Shown in pieces: positions 18,973 to 29,350 of a stretch of DNA of 64,000 nucleotides; the stretch's first letter is position 1, and every line of letters starts with the position of its first letter. The notes under the pieces were generated by a model. The model was given only the letters and a program-made list of their open reading frames with translations, did not search any database and was not told the origin of the DNA. Source of the stretch: Vicinamibacteria bacterium (GTDB lineage Bacteria; Acidobacteriota; Vicinamibacteria; Marinacidobacterales; Marinacidobacteraceae); NCBI GenBank assembly GCA_963555995.3, contig OY821641.1, positions 2,464,001-2,528,000 of the forward strand, given 5' to 3'. The position numbers were made by a program, and so were the translations under genes.

Positions 18973-19919
18973 CCGGACGCCGTCGCCGGCCGGCGCCCCG
19001 CACGCGGGGAGGCATGGAGGATGCGGACGGCGTCACCCTCGGTCACCACCCGAACCGCGCCACCGGCGACCCGGACCCGCAGGCCGCCCCCGGTGTCGAG
19101 GCCGTCGGTCGTCCCGAGTACCGGCGCGGCGGCGCGCAATCGCACGTCGCAGCGGCAGCCGCGCGCGGTGGGGCTGAGCGATTCCCAGGCGGCACGGAGC
19201 GACGCCGGGTCCTTCCGGAGCAGATCGAGGGCGCCGCGCAGGGACATGACCAGGGCGCCGGCAAGTCCGGCCCGGTCCACCCCTGCCGGGAGCCAGCCCG
19301 GCGGCCGGGCGCCGCGCGGGGCCGGGGAACCCGAGGCATCCGTCGTCACGACCTCCGGGAGCGCAACCGGCGTCAGGTTGACCCCGAACCCCACCACCGC
19401 CAGCCGGGGAGCGTCCCTCCGGAACCCGACCTCGGCCAGCACGCCGGCGACCTTCCTGCCCTCCCGGTCAAGGTCGTTCGGCCATCGGAGTTCCGCCGGC
19501 GCCCCGGCGACCCGCCGCACCGCCCGCGCCACGGCGACTCCGGCCGCGAGCGGCAGCAGGGTCAGCGGATCCGCCGGCGGCTCGCCGGTTCCCGCCGGAG
19601 GTTCGACGAGGACGCTCAGGTAGAGCCCGCCCGGCGGCGAGACCCAGGTCCGGCCGAAGCGCCCCTTTCCCCGCGTCTGGGTTTCGGCGATCACCACGCT
19701 TCCCGCCACGCGCGCCGCTGCCCCGGCGTCGAGCGCGATCGCCTTGGCGACTTCGTTCGTGGACGGGACGCGCTCCCAGACGCCGACGAACGGCGACGGC
19801 CGAGCGGGGATGGCGTCGCGGACGGCGGTCCGCAATGACCGCGCGGTCCTTACCGAACGGGCGGGCGCAGCGGCGGCCGGCTTCACGGCGGCTGCCGGCT
19901 CGATGCCTCCGTTCGGCAA
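18969..19919 (-). CDS. birA: Biotin--protein ligase (no HTH)
   Basis: PSTN, QTRGKGRFGRTWVSP, RWPND, KVAGVL; start uncertain. Confidence 0.92.
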   Translation of the reverse strand: MPNGGIEPAAAVKPAAAAPARSVRTARSLRTAVRDAIPARPSPFVGVWERVPSTNEVAKAIALDAGAAARVAGSVVIAETQTRGKGRFGRTWVSPPGGLYLSVLVEPPAGTGEPPADPLTLLPLAAGVAVARAVRRVAGAPAELRWPNDLDREGRKVAGVLAEVGFRRDAPRLAVVGFGVNLTPVALPEVVTTDASGSPAPRGARPPGWLPAGVDRAGLAGALVMSLRGALDLLRKDPASLRAAWESLSPTARGCRCDVRLRAAAPVLGTTDGLDTGGGLRVRVAGGAVRVVTEGDAVRILHASPRAGRRPATASG

Positions 19920-19924
19920 GGCGT

Positions 19925-20383
19925 CTACCGGACGGCGCGCCGGCGGCGGAGCTCGGCGAGCCGCGACCCGAGAACCCGGGCGGCCTCCGAGGTCGGGGTG
20001 TCCGGCCCGAACACCTCGGCGACGCCCAGCTCGCGGAGATGGCCGACGTCCCGGTCGGGGATCACCCCGCCGACGAAGACGGGGACCTCCGCGAGCCCCC
20101 GCTCGGAGAGCCCTTCGAGGATCCGGCGGACCAGCGGACGGTGGGCGCCCGAAAGGATGGAGATGCCGACCGCCTCCACGTCTTCCTGCAGCGCCGCCTC
20201 GACAATTTCTTCCGGAGTTCTCCTGAGCCCCGTATAGATCACCTCGAATCCCGCGTCGCGGAGCGCCTTCGCCACCACCAGCGCCCCGCGGTCGTGTCCG
20301 TCGAGCCCCGGTTTCGCGACCAGGATGCGGTACGGCGGACTCGCCGCCCCACCGCTCACGGCGCCGCCGGCGGTCCCGCTCAC
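19925..20383 (-). CDS. Stand-alone cobalamin-binding subunit of an acyl-CoA mutase
   Basis: AKPGLDGHDRGA, SILSGAH, GGVIP; GTGA overlap with the icmF stop. Confidence 0.92.
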   Translation of the reverse strand: MSGTAGGAVSGGAASPPYRILVAKPGLDGHDRGALVVAKALRDAGFEVIYTGLRRTPEEIVEAALQEDVEAVGISILSGAHRPLVRRILEGLSERGLAEVPVFVGGVIPDRDVGHLRELGVAEVFGPDTPTSEAARVLGSRLAELRRRRAVR

Positions 20384-23300
20384 ATCGCGCGGCGGTAACG
20401 GCCGCCGACCTCGTAGAGCGCCCCGGTGATCTGACCGAGGCTCGCCACCGTGACCGTCTCCATCAGCTCGGCGAAGACGTTGCCGCCCGACCGGGCCACC
20501 TCCTGCAGCCTCGAGAGCGCCTCCGGGGCGTCCTTCGCGTGACGCCGGCGGAACGCCTCCACGCGCAGCACCTGCGCTTCCTTCTCGTCGTCGGTGGCGC
20601 GCGCCAGCGGGACCGCTTCCGGAGACTCGTCTTCGGGATCCCCCAGGAAGGTGTTCACGCCGATGATGGGGATTTCGCCGGAGTCCTTCCGGGTCTCGTA
20701 GAGGAGCGACTCTTCCTGGATCCGGTTGCGCTGGTACTGGCGTTCCATGGCGGCCAGCACGCCGCCGCGGGCGCTCAGGCGGTCGAACTCGGCGAGCACC
20801 GCCTCCTCGACGAGATCGGTGAGCTGGGAAACGATGAACGAACCCGAGAGCGGGTTCTCGTTCCAGGCCATGCCGAACTCGGCGCGGATGATCTTCTGGA
20901 TGGCCACCGCGCGCCGCACCGATTCCGGCGTGGGGGTGGTGATGGCTTCGTCGTAGGCGTTGGTGTGGAGCGAGTTGCAGTTGTCGTTCGTCGCGATGAG
21001 CGCCTGGAGCGTGGTCCGGATGTCGTTGAACTGCACCTCCTGGGCGTGGAGCGAACGGCCGGAGGTTTGGATGTGGACCTTGAACTTCTGGCTCCGCTCC
21101 CCGGCGCCGTAGCGGAGCTTCATGGCGCGCGCCCAGATGCGCCGGGCCACCCGCGCCATGACCGCGTACTCGGGATCGAGGCCGTTGCTGAAGAAGAAGG
21201 AGAGATTCGGCGCGAAGGCGTCCACCGGGAGGCCGCGGGCCAGGTAGTACTCGACGTAGGTGAAGCCGTTCGCCAGGGTGAAGGCGAGCTGGGTGATGGG
21301 GTTCGCTCCGGCTTCGGCGATGTGGTAGCCGGAAATCGAGACCGAATAGAAGTTCCGGACCCCGCGCTCGATGAAGTGCTCCTGGACGTCCCCCATCAGC
21401 CGGAGCGCGAAACCGGTGGAGAAGATGCAGGTGTTCTGGGCCTGGTCCTCCTTGAGGATGTCCGCCTGCACCGTGCCGCGCACCGCCGAGAGCGTCCGGG
21501 CCTTCAGCTCGCCGTGCTCGCCGGCCGAGGGCGGACGCCCGTGCTCGTCCTCGAAGATCTTCTCTTCCTGCCGCACTGCGGCGTTCAGGAACATCGCGAG
21601 GATCACCGGCGCGGGGCCGTTGATCGTCATCGAGACGCTGGTCGCCGGGTCGGTGAGCCGGAACCCCTCGAACATCTCGCACATGTCGTCGAGCGTGGCG
21701 ATGGACACCCCGCCCTCCCCGATCTTGCCGAAGATGTCCGGCCGGCGGGCCGGGTCGTCGCCGTAGAGCGTCACGCTGTCGAAGGCCACCGAGAGCCGCG
21801 TGGCCTCCTCGGACTCCGCGAGCAGGTGGAACCTCCGGTTGGTGCGGGCCGGGCCGCCCTCTCCCGCGAACTGCCGCCGCGGGCTCTCTTCCTCCCGCCG
21901 GAACGGGAAGACCCCCGCGGTGAACGGATAGTGCCCAGGCAGGTTCTCGTCGAGCAGGAAGCGCAGCGTGTCCCGCCCGCTTCCGAAACGCGGCAGCGCG
22001 ACCCGCGGCAGCCGGGTGCCGGAAAGCGTTTCCCGATGGGTCCCGTACTCGCGCACCCGGTCCCGGACCCGCGCCTGGTATCGGGGAGCCTGATAGCGGG
22101 CCGCCAACTCCGGCCAGCCCGCGAGCAGTTCCCGGCTCTCGGGTTCGAGTTCACCCCTGGCCTCGGCGAGGCGCGCCTCGACGGCCTCGGCGGCCGCATC
22201 GGCGCCTCCGGCGGCCCGCAGGTCGGCGGCGGCCGCCTCGAGGTGCTCGACCCGTCCGGCCCGCTCGGCCTCGGCGGCAACCCGCTCCCGCTCGCCGCGG
22301 AGGGTGTCGGCGATCTCGGCCAGATAGCCGGCGCGCGCCGGGGGAAGGAGGCGCACCCCGGCGAACAGGTCGTCGGGACGCCCGCTGAGCGGCGGCGGGA
22401 GCTCCGTCTCCGTCCCGGCCAGACCGTCCCGGACGACCTCGTAGAGCCGGTCGAGCCCGGGGTCCGCGAACCGGCTCGCCACCGTCGGCAGCACCGGCGC
22501 CGGGGCGTGGCGCGGCAGCGAGCGCGCCCGCTGGAAGGCCCGGCGCACCGCGAAGAGCGCGTCCTCGGCGCCCGGATGGTCGGCCTTGTTGAGCGCCACC
22601 GCGTCCGCCAGGTCCAGCATGTCGATCTTTTCGAGCTGGCTCTCGGCGCCGTAGTCGGACGTCATCACGTAGAGCGAGAAGTCGCTGATGTCCACGATCC
22701 GCGAGTCACCCTGCCCGATGCCGCCCGTCTCCACCACGAGGAGATCGCAGCCGGCGGCCCGCAGGACGAGGAGCGCGTCGTCCACCACGGTCGCGAGCTC
22801 GGTGCCCGAACGGCGGGTGGCCACGCTGCGGACGAACACGTCCGTATCCGTGATCGCGTTCAGCCGGATGCGGTCGCCGAGGAGCGCGCCCCCGGTGCGC
22901 CGCTTCGAGGGGTCCACCGCGAGGACGCCGATCCGTTGCACCGGCCCGGAACCCCCGGAACCAAGGTCGGGCTGCCCGGCGCGGAACCGGAGCAGCAACT
23001 CGTCGAGGACCGAACTCTTGCCCGCGCCGCCCGTACCCGTGATGCCCAACACCGGGGCGGGCGCCCCCACGAGCTCCGCGAGCGCCGCCCGGTCGGCGGC
23101 CTCCAGCCCTTCGTTCTCGGCGAAGCTGATCAGCCGCGCCGCCGCGCCGGTGCGCCGGTGCGGATCGTCTCCTCCGAGGTCCGCGATCAGCTCTTCGAAA
23201 GGCGTCTCGGCGCGCGCGGCGCGCGCCTCGGCGGCGTCGCGCAGCATGTCGTCCACCACGCCTTCGATGCCGGTGACCCGATCGTCCCCGGGGGAATAGA

Positions 23301-23703
23301 TGCGCGCCACCCCGTACGCCTCGAGACCGGCCGCCTCGTGAGGCCGGATCACGCCCCCGCCGCCTCCGAATACCCGGATCCCGCCTCGCCCGGCCTCGCG
23401 GAGGAGGTCCACCAGGTAGCGGAAGAACTCGTTGTGTCCCCCCTGGTAGGAGGAGACGGCGATGGCGTCCGCGTCCTCTTCGAGGGCGGCGGCGGCGATC
23501 TCGCCGGCGCCCCGGTTGTGACCCAGGTGAATGACCTCGGCGCCGCCCCGCTGCAGGAGGCGGCGGAAGACGTGGATCGAGGCGTCGTGGCCGTCGAACA
23601 GCGCGGTCGCCGTGACGAAGCGGAGCGGAAGCTCCGCCAGCGGATCGAAGGGAACCCGCGAGGGCTCAGGATCGGCCGGGGAAAGACGGACGCGCGTGCT
23701 CAA
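20380..23703 (-). CDS. icmF: Fused isobutyryl-CoA mutase / MeaB-like GTPase
   Basis: B12 domain FDGHDA, GTPase GTGGAGKS, mutase RQFAGEG, GTVQADILKE, SLHTNAYDEA; TTG 23703 chosen downstream of a TGnTACGGT box, start uncertain. Confidence 0.92.
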   Translation of the reverse strand: MSTRVRLSPADPEPSRVPFDPLAELPLRFVTATALFDGHDASIHVFRRLLQRGGAEVIHLGHNRGAGEIAAAALEEDADAIAVSSYQGGHNEFFRYLVDLLREAGRGGIRVFGGGGGVIRPHEAAGLEAYGVARIYSPGDDRVTGIEGVVDDMLRDAAEARAARAETPFEELIADLGGDDPHRRTGAAARLISFAENEGLEAADRAALAELVGAPAPVLGITGTGGAGKSSVLDELLLRFRAGQPDLGSGGSGPVQRIGVLAVDPSKRRTGGALLGDRIRLNAITDTDVFVRSVATRRSGTELATVVDDALLVLRAAGCDLLVVETGGIGQGDSRIVDISDFSLYVMTSDYGAESQLEKIDMLDLADAVALNKADHPGAEDALFAVRRAFQRARSLPRHAPAPVLPTVASRFADPGLDRLYEVVRDGLAGTETELPPPLSGRPDDLFAGVRLLPPARAGYLAEIADTLRGERERVAAEAERAGRVEHLEAAAADLRAAGGADAAAEAVEARLAEARGELEPESRELLAGWPELAARYQAPRYQARVRDRVREYGTHRETLSGTRLPRVALPRFGSGRDTLRFLLDENLPGHYPFTAGVFPFRREEESPRRQFAGEGGPARTNRRFHLLAESEEATRLSVAFDSVTLYGDDPARRPDIFGKIGEGGVSIATLDDMCEMFEGFRLTDPATSVSMTINGPAPVILAMFLNAAVRQEEKIFEDEHGRPPSAGEHGELKARTLSAVRGTVQADILKEDQAQNTCIFSTGFALRLMGDVQEHFIERGVRNFYSVSISGYHIAEAGANPITQLAFTLANGFTYVEYYLARGLPVDAFAPNLSFFFSNGLDPEYAVMARVARRIWARAMKLRYGAGERSQKFKVHIQTSGRSLHAQEVQFNDIRTTLQALIATNDNCNSLHTNAYDEAITTPTPESVRRAVAIQKIIRAEFGMAWNENPLSGSFIVSQLTDLVEEAVLAEFDRLSARGGVLAAMERQYQRNRIQEESLLYETRKDSGEIPIIGVNTFLGDPEDESPEAVPLARATDDEKEAQVLRVEAFRRRHAKDAPEALSRLQEVARSGGNVFAELMETVTVASLGQITGALYEVGGRYRRAM

Positions 23704-23850
23704 CTTGACTGCCTGTTGACGACTGGGGACACCTCTTCGGAAACCGTAGCACTCCTGCGGCAACGCGGGAGGCGCGGACGGGGACCGTCGGCCGCCGTCC
23801 GTGGGCGCGCCATCCGGCGCCCCCACGGGGAAAGACCCGGAATCCGGCTC

Positions 23851-24171
23851 TCAGGACGCCCCGAGGGACTCTCCGCCGGGCTCCCGATTGAGGCGGTCGC
23901 GCAGCGCTTTCCCCGCCCGGAAGAACGGCACCCGCTTGGGAGGCACCATGATCGGCTCGCCGGTTCTCGGGTTACGCGTGAGGCGCGCCTTCCGGCTGCG
24001 CAGACGGAAACTGCCGAAGCCGCGAATCTCCACCTCGTCTCCGGCGCGGAGCGCTCCGGCGATCGCGTCAAAGACCGTCTCCACGATGAGATCGGCGTCG
24101 CGGCGCGTGATCCCGGTGGCTTCCGATACGTCGGCGGCCAGGCGGGCGCGGGTGATCGCCGTGTCGCTCAC
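23851..24171 (-). CDS. ihfB: IHF-beta/HU family DNA-binding protein
   Basis: VEIRGFGSF, RNPRTGE; follows rpsA as in the rpsA-ihfB operon. Confidence 0.85.
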   Translation of the reverse strand: MSDTAITRARLAADVSEATGITRRDADLIVETVFDAIAGALRAGDEVEIRGFGSFRLRSRKARLTRNPRTGEPIMVPPKRVPFFRAGKALRDRLNREPGGESLGAS

Positions 24172-26021
24172 CGCTTCCAGACGTCTCCGATCTTGACGGA
24201 CACCTCGCCCGATTCGCCGTGCCGGGTATAGCCCTCTTCGGCCGCCTTGAGCGAGAGTCCCACCTTGCGGTCGTCACGGCTGAGCCGGACGATCCGCAGC
24301 TTGAGCGGCTGCCCCAGGTGCAGCCGGTCCTCCGCCTTGGCCGGCGGGGGCTCGTCAATGTCGTTCAGGCGCAACAGGCCCTCGATCCCTTCCTCGATCT
24401 GGACGAACGCGCCGAAGTCCGCGAAACGGATCACCGTGCCGTCCACCAGATCGCCTTCCTGGTGCCGGGTGAAGAAGCCCTCCCACGCGTCGTCCGAAAG
24501 CTGCTTGAGTCCGAGCGAGAGGCGGCGGTTCTCCGGATCGATGCTGAGCACCACGGTCTCCACCGAATCGCCGACCCGCAGGACCTCGGAAGGATGATTG
24601 ATCCGCTTGTTCCAGCTCAGGTCGGAGATGTGGATCAGCCCGTCAATCGAGTTGTCCACCTCGATGAACGCGCCGAAATCGGTGAACTTCCGCACCGTCC
24701 CGGTGAGGCGCGAACCGATCGGGTACTGCTCGGCGAGCCGCGGCCACGGGTTCGGTTCGACCTGCTTCAGGCCGAGACTGATCCGCCGGGCCTTGAAGTC
24801 CACCCGGAGCACCATCGCTTCCACGAAATCGCCCTTGGAGAGCAGCTTCGAGGGGTGCTTGGTGCGGCTGCTCCAGCTCATCTCGCTGACGTGGATGAGC
24901 CCCTCGACGCCGGGCTCCATCTCGATGAAGGCGCCGTAGTCGGTGAGGCTGACCACCTTCCCGCGGACGCGGGTTCCCACCGAGTAACGCTCGTGGGCCG
25001 TGGTCCAGGGGTCCACGTTGAGCTGCTTGTAGCCGAGTGAGACCCGCTCCGCTTCGGCGTCGAAGCGGAGGATGACGACCTCGATCTGGTCGCCGACCTT
25101 CATGAGCTCCGAGGGATGCTCCAGCCGGCGGAAGGACATCTCCCGGATGTGGAGCAGGCCGCAGATTCCGCCGATGTCCACGAAGGCGCCGTACTCGGTG
25201 AGATCGCGGACCTCGCCCCGGAACACGCGCCCCACCTCGAGCGCCGCGAGGGTCTTCGTCTTCTCTTCCTCGAGGACCACCCGGCGCGAGAGCACGATGT
25301 TGCCCCGGCGCTTGTTCAGCTTGATGACCCGCAGCTCGAGTTCGCGGCCCTTGTAGCTGCCGAGGTTCCTCACGGGACGGAGGTCCACCTGGGAGCCGGG
25401 GAGGAAACCCCGCACCCCGATCTCCCCGATGTCCACCTCGAGGCCGCCGCGGATCCGGTCCACGACCCGGCCCCGGACCGGCGTCTGCTTCTCGAACGCG
25501 TCCTCGATCTGGTTCCAGACCTTCATCTTCTCGGCCTTGCGATGCGAAAGCACGAGGTGGCCGCGGCGGTTGTCGGCGCGCTGGACGAGGACATCGATTT
25601 CGTCCCCTTCCCGCACCCGGACGTTCCCGTCCACGTCCCGGAACTCGTCGAGCGGGATGATGCCCTCGGACTTGTAACCGACATCCACGATCACGTCGGA
25701 GTCGGTCATGTGGAGGACCGTCCCGGTGACGATGTCCCCCTCCGCCAGGTGCGTCTCGTACTGCTCGAGGAAGGCCTCGAACTCGGCGGCTTCCTCCGCC
25801 GAAACCTTCGACGGCGCGCCGTCCGGGGGCGCTGCGGCGCCGTTGCCCGCGGAGCCTGCCGCTTCGGGAACTTCGGCAGCGCCGTCTCCCTCGCTGACGG
25901 CCGCTTCGACCGCTTCGGCCGGGGTCTCGGCCGTTTCCCCGGCGATCACCGCGGTCGCTTGCTCCGCGGTTACCTCACTTGCGACCGCCACTGCGGCCGC
26001 TCCCTCGTCCGTTTCGGGCAT
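24168..26021 (-). CDS. rpsA: 30S ribosomal protein S1
   Basis: Six S1 repeats (VDVGYKSEG, FLPGSQVD, YGAFVD, GLIHVSEMSW); ATG 26021 after a GAGAGGG SD. Confidence 0.96.
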   Translation of the reverse strand: MPETDEGAAAVAVASEVTAEQATAVIAGETAETPAEAVEAAVSEGDGAAEVPEAAGSAGNGAAAPPDGAPSKVSAEEAAEFEAFLEQYETHLAEGDIVTGTVLHMTDSDVIVDVGYKSEGIIPLDEFRDVDGNVRVREGDEIDVLVQRADNRRGHLVLSHRKAEKMKVWNQIEDAFEKQTPVRGRVVDRIRGGLEVDIGEIGVRGFLPGSQVDLRPVRNLGSYKGRELELRVIKLNKRRGNIVLSRRVVLEEEKTKTLAALEVGRVFRGEVRDLTEYGAFVDIGGICGLLHIREMSFRRLEHPSELMKVGDQIEVVILRFDAEAERVSLGYKQLNVDPWTTAHERYSVGTRVRGKVVSLTDYGAFIEMEPGVEGLIHVSEMSWSSRTKHPSKLLSKGDFVEAMVLRVDFKARRISLGLKQVEPNPWPRLAEQYPIGSRLTGTVRKFTDFGAFIEVDNSIDGLIHISDLSWNKRINHPSEVLRVGDSVETVVLSIDPENRRLSLGLKQLSDDAWEGFFTRHQEGDLVDGTVIRFADFGAFVQIEEGIEGLLRLNDIDEPPPAKAEDRLHLGQPLKLRIVRLSRDDRKVGLSLKAAEEGYTRHGESGEVSVKIGDVWKR

Positions 26022-26169
26022 ACCCTCTCTCATTGAGCAGAAAAGACTCCTGGTTGCGCGGGGGAGTTCGGACACACGGGAAACCACCCGCTCCGAAGAC
26101 CCCTCTTGCCCCCGCTCCATGGGCCCTCAGGCCCGGCGGCGAACGCCGTAGTGACGCGGGGAGCCGCCC

Positions 26170-26199
26170 ATACTAGGCGCGCGCGGGACCGGTTGTCAA
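26170..26199 (-). promoter_or_regulatory. Sigma-70 promoter of rpsA: TTGACA-N18-TAGTAT
   Basis: Perfect -35 and a TAnnnT -10 about 150 nt upstream of the start. Confidence 0.75.
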
Positions 26200-26256
26200 C
26201 GGAGCCCGCCGGGTTCGCGCCGCCGGTTTTTCGTCTGGAGGCCGATGCCCTCCGGG

Positions 26257-26265
26257 TGATACAAT
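26257..26265 (+). promoter_or_regulatory. Extended -10 (TGaTACAAT) for the oxidoreductase operon
   Basis: TGnTACAAT 134 nt upstream of ATG 26400. Confidence 0.65.
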
Positions 26266-26399
26266 TTTTCGGCTTGCTTCGCGCCGCCCGCTCGCTTTTG
26301 GGGAAAACCGGACACCGCAGGACCGGGGGCGTCCGGTAAGAAACTCACCCGGAGTTCCACAGCAACAGGCTCAACCGACCAAAGGTCCCGCATTCGCAC

Positions 26400-28187
26400 A
26401 TGTCACAAGGTTTCGACTTCTCCATCGCCATCGGGGGCGCTGCCGGGCAGGGAATTGCCACGCCCGGCAACATCCTCGCCCGGATGTTCGTTCGCCGGGG
26501 ACTCCACCTCAACGCCTACAACGCCTATCAGTCCATCATCCGGGGCGGACACATCCTGCTGACCATGCGGGTCCGCGACCGGGAAGCCCTCTCGCACGGC
26601 GACCACATCCACCTGCTGCTCTGCCTGAACCAGGACACCATGACGCGCCACCTGCGTCATCTGGGCCCCGGCGCCTACGCGGTGTACAACGCCGACAACA
26701 TCACGCCGGGAGAGCACCAGGACGGCGTTCATCTCTGCGGCATGCCGGTGACCGAACTCACCGGGGACGCCAAGAACAAGCTGGCGCAGAACACGGCCGC
26801 GCTGGGGGTCATCGCCCACGTTCTGGGACTCGACTTCGAGGTCCTGGAGTCGGCGCTCACGCTCCAGTTCCAGCGGAAGGGCGAGGCGGTGGTCGCTTCC
26901 AACGTTGCGGTCGCCCGCGCCGGTTACGACTACTCGAGCGCCAACTTCACGGCGCTCGCGAACCCCCTGCCGCAGAACCCCGACCCACTCGCGGTCTGGA
27001 CCGGGAACGACGCCCTGGCGATGGGCGGAGCGGCCGCCGGTGTCAAGTTCTACTGCGCCTATCCCATGAGCCCCTCGACGGGCGTGCTCCACTGGATGGC
27101 CAGGAACGCCCGTGAACTCGGCATCATGGTGCGCCAGGTCGAGGACGAGATCGGCGTGGCCAACATGGCGGTGGGAGCGGCCCACACGGGGGCCCGCACC
27201 ATGTGCGCGACCTCGGGCGGCGGCTTCGCCCTCATGACCGAGGCCATCGGGTCGGCGGCCATGATGGAGATCCCGGTGGTCTTCATCAACGTGATGCGCG
27301 CCGGGCCCTCGACCGGAGTGCCCACCAAGACCGAGCAGGGTGACCTCTGGCAGGCGCTCGGCGCCAGCCAGGGCGATTTCGAACGGATCGTGGTCGCCCC
27401 GCAGGACGCCCACGACGCCTTCGGCACCATCGCCGAGGTGTTCAACCTGGTGGACCGCTACCAGTGCCCGGCCATCGTCCTCTCGGACCTGCTCATCTCC
27501 GAAGGCACCTTCAGCGTGCCGCCCGACGACATCGACATGTTCCCGACCATCGAGCGCGGCAAACTGATCCGCGAAGCGAACGGCGACGCCGGACCCTACA
27601 ACCGGTACCTCGATACCGCCGACGGCATCTCGCCGCGAGCGGTGCCCGGGGTTCCCGGCCATGTCCACGTGGTCGCCACCGACGAGCACGACGAGGAGGG
27701 CATCCTCATCTCGGACGAGTTCACGAACCCGATCAAGCGCCGCCAGATGGTCGAAAAGCGCGCCCGCAAGCTCGACGACTACTTCACCCGCGTCGCCGCT
27801 CCCGAGATCGAAGGGGACGAGGACGCGGAGGTCACGCTGGTGGGCTGGGGTTCCACGGCCGGCGTCATCGCGGAAGCGATGGAACAGCTCCGGGCCGACG
27901 GCGTGAAGGTCAACCGGATCGCGGTGAAGTGGATCCTGCCGTTCCACGCCGAAGCCGTCACCGAGGCGCTTTCCGGGGCGCGGAAGACCCTCATCATCGA
28001 AAACAACCACTCGGGACAGTTCCACCGCTACCTGCGGGGCGAGACCGGCATCACCGCCGACGGCCACATCCGCAAGTACGACGGCGAGCCATTCATGCCG
28101 CACCACATCGCGGACGGCGTCCGGGCCCACCTCGCGGGGGGCGTCGCCGGCGGCGTGTTCGTCCCCGATCAGGAAATCCTCGTTTAG
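26400..28187 (+). CDS. korA: 2-oxoacid:ferredoxin oxidoreductase alpha subunit (gamma-alpha fusion)
   Basis: GGAAGQG, YPMSPST, EDEIG, TSGGGF, RAGPSTGVPT; substrate not determinable. Confidence 0.92.
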   Translation: MSQGFDFSIAIGGAAGQGIATPGNILARMFVRRGLHLNAYNAYQSIIRGGHILLTMRVRDREALSHGDHIHLLLCLNQDTMTRHLRHLGPGAYAVYNADNITPGEHQDGVHLCGMPVTELTGDAKNKLAQNTAALGVIAHVLGLDFEVLESALTLQFQRKGEAVVASNVAVARAGYDYSSANFTALANPLPQNPDPLAVWTGNDALAMGGAAAGVKFYCAYPMSPSTGVLHWMARNARELGIMVRQVEDEIGVANMAVGAAHTGARTMCATSGGGFALMTEAIGSAAMMEIPVVFINVMRAGPSTGVPTKTEQGDLWQALGASQGDFERIVVAPQDAHDAFGTIAEVFNLVDRYQCPAIVLSDLLISEGTFSVPPDDIDMFPTIERGKLIREANGDAGPYNRYLDTADGISPRAVPGVPGHVHVVATDEHDEEGILISDEFTNPIKRRQMVEKRARKLDDYFTRVAAPEIEGDEDAEVTLVGWGSTAGVIAEAMEQLRADGVKVNRIAVKWILPFHAEAVTEALSGARKTLIIENNHSGQFHRYLRGETGITADGHIRKYDGEPFMPHHIADGVRAHLAGGVAGGVFVPDQEILV

Positions 28188-28236
28188 GGAAATCCTCGTA
28201 CCAGGCCGCCACCGAGACCAGAACAGGAGAGCAAAC

Positions 28237-29133
28237 GTGACCATCGAGCTCAGGGAAAAGCCGCTGACCGCAAAAGACTTCAAGGGGAAGGTGGATCCCG
28301 ATTGGTGTCCCGGCTGCGGCGACTTCGCCCTGCTGCGGGCCACCCAGATGTCGGTGGCCGAACTGGGGTTGTCTCCGCACCAGATCGTGTGCGTGAGCGG
28401 CATCGGCTGTTCCTCGAACTTCCCCGGATACTTCAACTCCTACGGCATGCACACCCTCCACGGGCGGGCGCTCGCGGTGGCGACCGGCGTGAAGATGGCC
28501 AACCAGACCCTCACCGTGCTGGTCACCGGCGGAGACGGAGACGGTTACGGGATCGGCGGCAACCACTTCACGCACACCGCCCGGAGGAACGTGGACCTCA
28601 CCTACCTGGTGATGAACAACCAGATCTACGGGCTCACCACCGGACAGGTCTCGCCGAGCAGCAGCCTGGGCATGAAGACCAAGAGCACCCCGTTCGGGAA
28701 CATCGAGCGGCCGGTGAACCCGATCACGTCGGCCATCATGAACGGCGCCACCTACGTGGGGCGCGGCTTCTCCGGCAACATCAAGCAGTTGGTCCGGCTC
28801 ATCAAGGGCGCCATCGAGCACCCGGGTTTCGCGGTGATTGATGTCTTCAGTCCGTGCGTCACCTTCAACCGCGACAACACCTACGACTTCTTCCGGCAGC
28901 GGGTCGCCCCGCTGGAGGACGAGGGGCACGACCCCTCGGACTGGAAGTCGGCGTGCGAACGGGCGATGGAGTGGGACGAGCGGATCTACACCGGGCTCTT
29001 CTTCCAGGATCCGGCCGTCCAGTCGCTGCACGCGCGCGAGCCGATCCTCGACGGCGGGGCGCCCCCGGTGTCCCACGTTCCCGAGGCGATCACCCGGGAA
29101 GCGCGTGACCGCATCGTCCAGCGGATGATGTAG
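28237..29133 (+). CDS. korB: 2-oxoacid:ferredoxin oxidoreductase beta subunit
   Basis: WCPGCGD, SGIGC, GGDGD, NNQIYGLTTGQ, SPCVTFN. Confidence 0.93.
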   Translation: MTIELREKPLTAKDFKGKVDPDWCPGCGDFALLRATQMSVAELGLSPHQIVCVSGIGCSSNFPGYFNSYGMHTLHGRALAVATGVKMANQTLTVLVTGGDGDGYGIGGNHFTHTARRNVDLTYLVMNNQIYGLTTGQVSPSSSLGMKTKSTPFGNIERPVNPITSAIMNGATYVGRGFSGNIKQLVRLIKGAIEHPGFAVIDVFSPCVTFNRDNTYDFFRQRVAPLEDEGHDPSDWKSACERAMEWDERIYTGLFFQDPAVQSLHAREPILDGGAPPVSHVPEAITREARDRIVQRMM

Positions 29134-29138
29134 CGCCA

Positions 29139-29319
29139 GCAGCCTGTGGCCAAACCCACGCGGCGTTCGACGCGCGACGCATCCCGCCTGAACCGCGCCT
29201 CTACGAGGCGCTCTGCGTTGCGTTTCGGTCGGAATACACCCGGTATTCCTCCCTCACGCGCCTTGTCAGCCGGGCGCCTCGCCCGTCTCGGCGCTCACGT
29301 GGGTTTCACCACCGGCTGC
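29139..29319 (+). mobile_element. MITE-like element copy A (181 bp)
   Basis: Imperfect TIRs GCAGCCTGTGGCCAAACCCACG / CGTGGGTTTCACCACCGGCTGC, followed by TA; core GGAATACACCCGGTATTCC. Confidence 0.8.
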
Positions 29320-29350
29320 TAGCGGTCTCCGGCGAGGGGACCGCAGTCGG

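Noticed and set aside
18287-19036. Long N-terminal extension of ComEC in the ORF track
   Set aside because: Overlaps the hypothetical gene and birA in other frames and is low-complexity Arg/Gly/Pro
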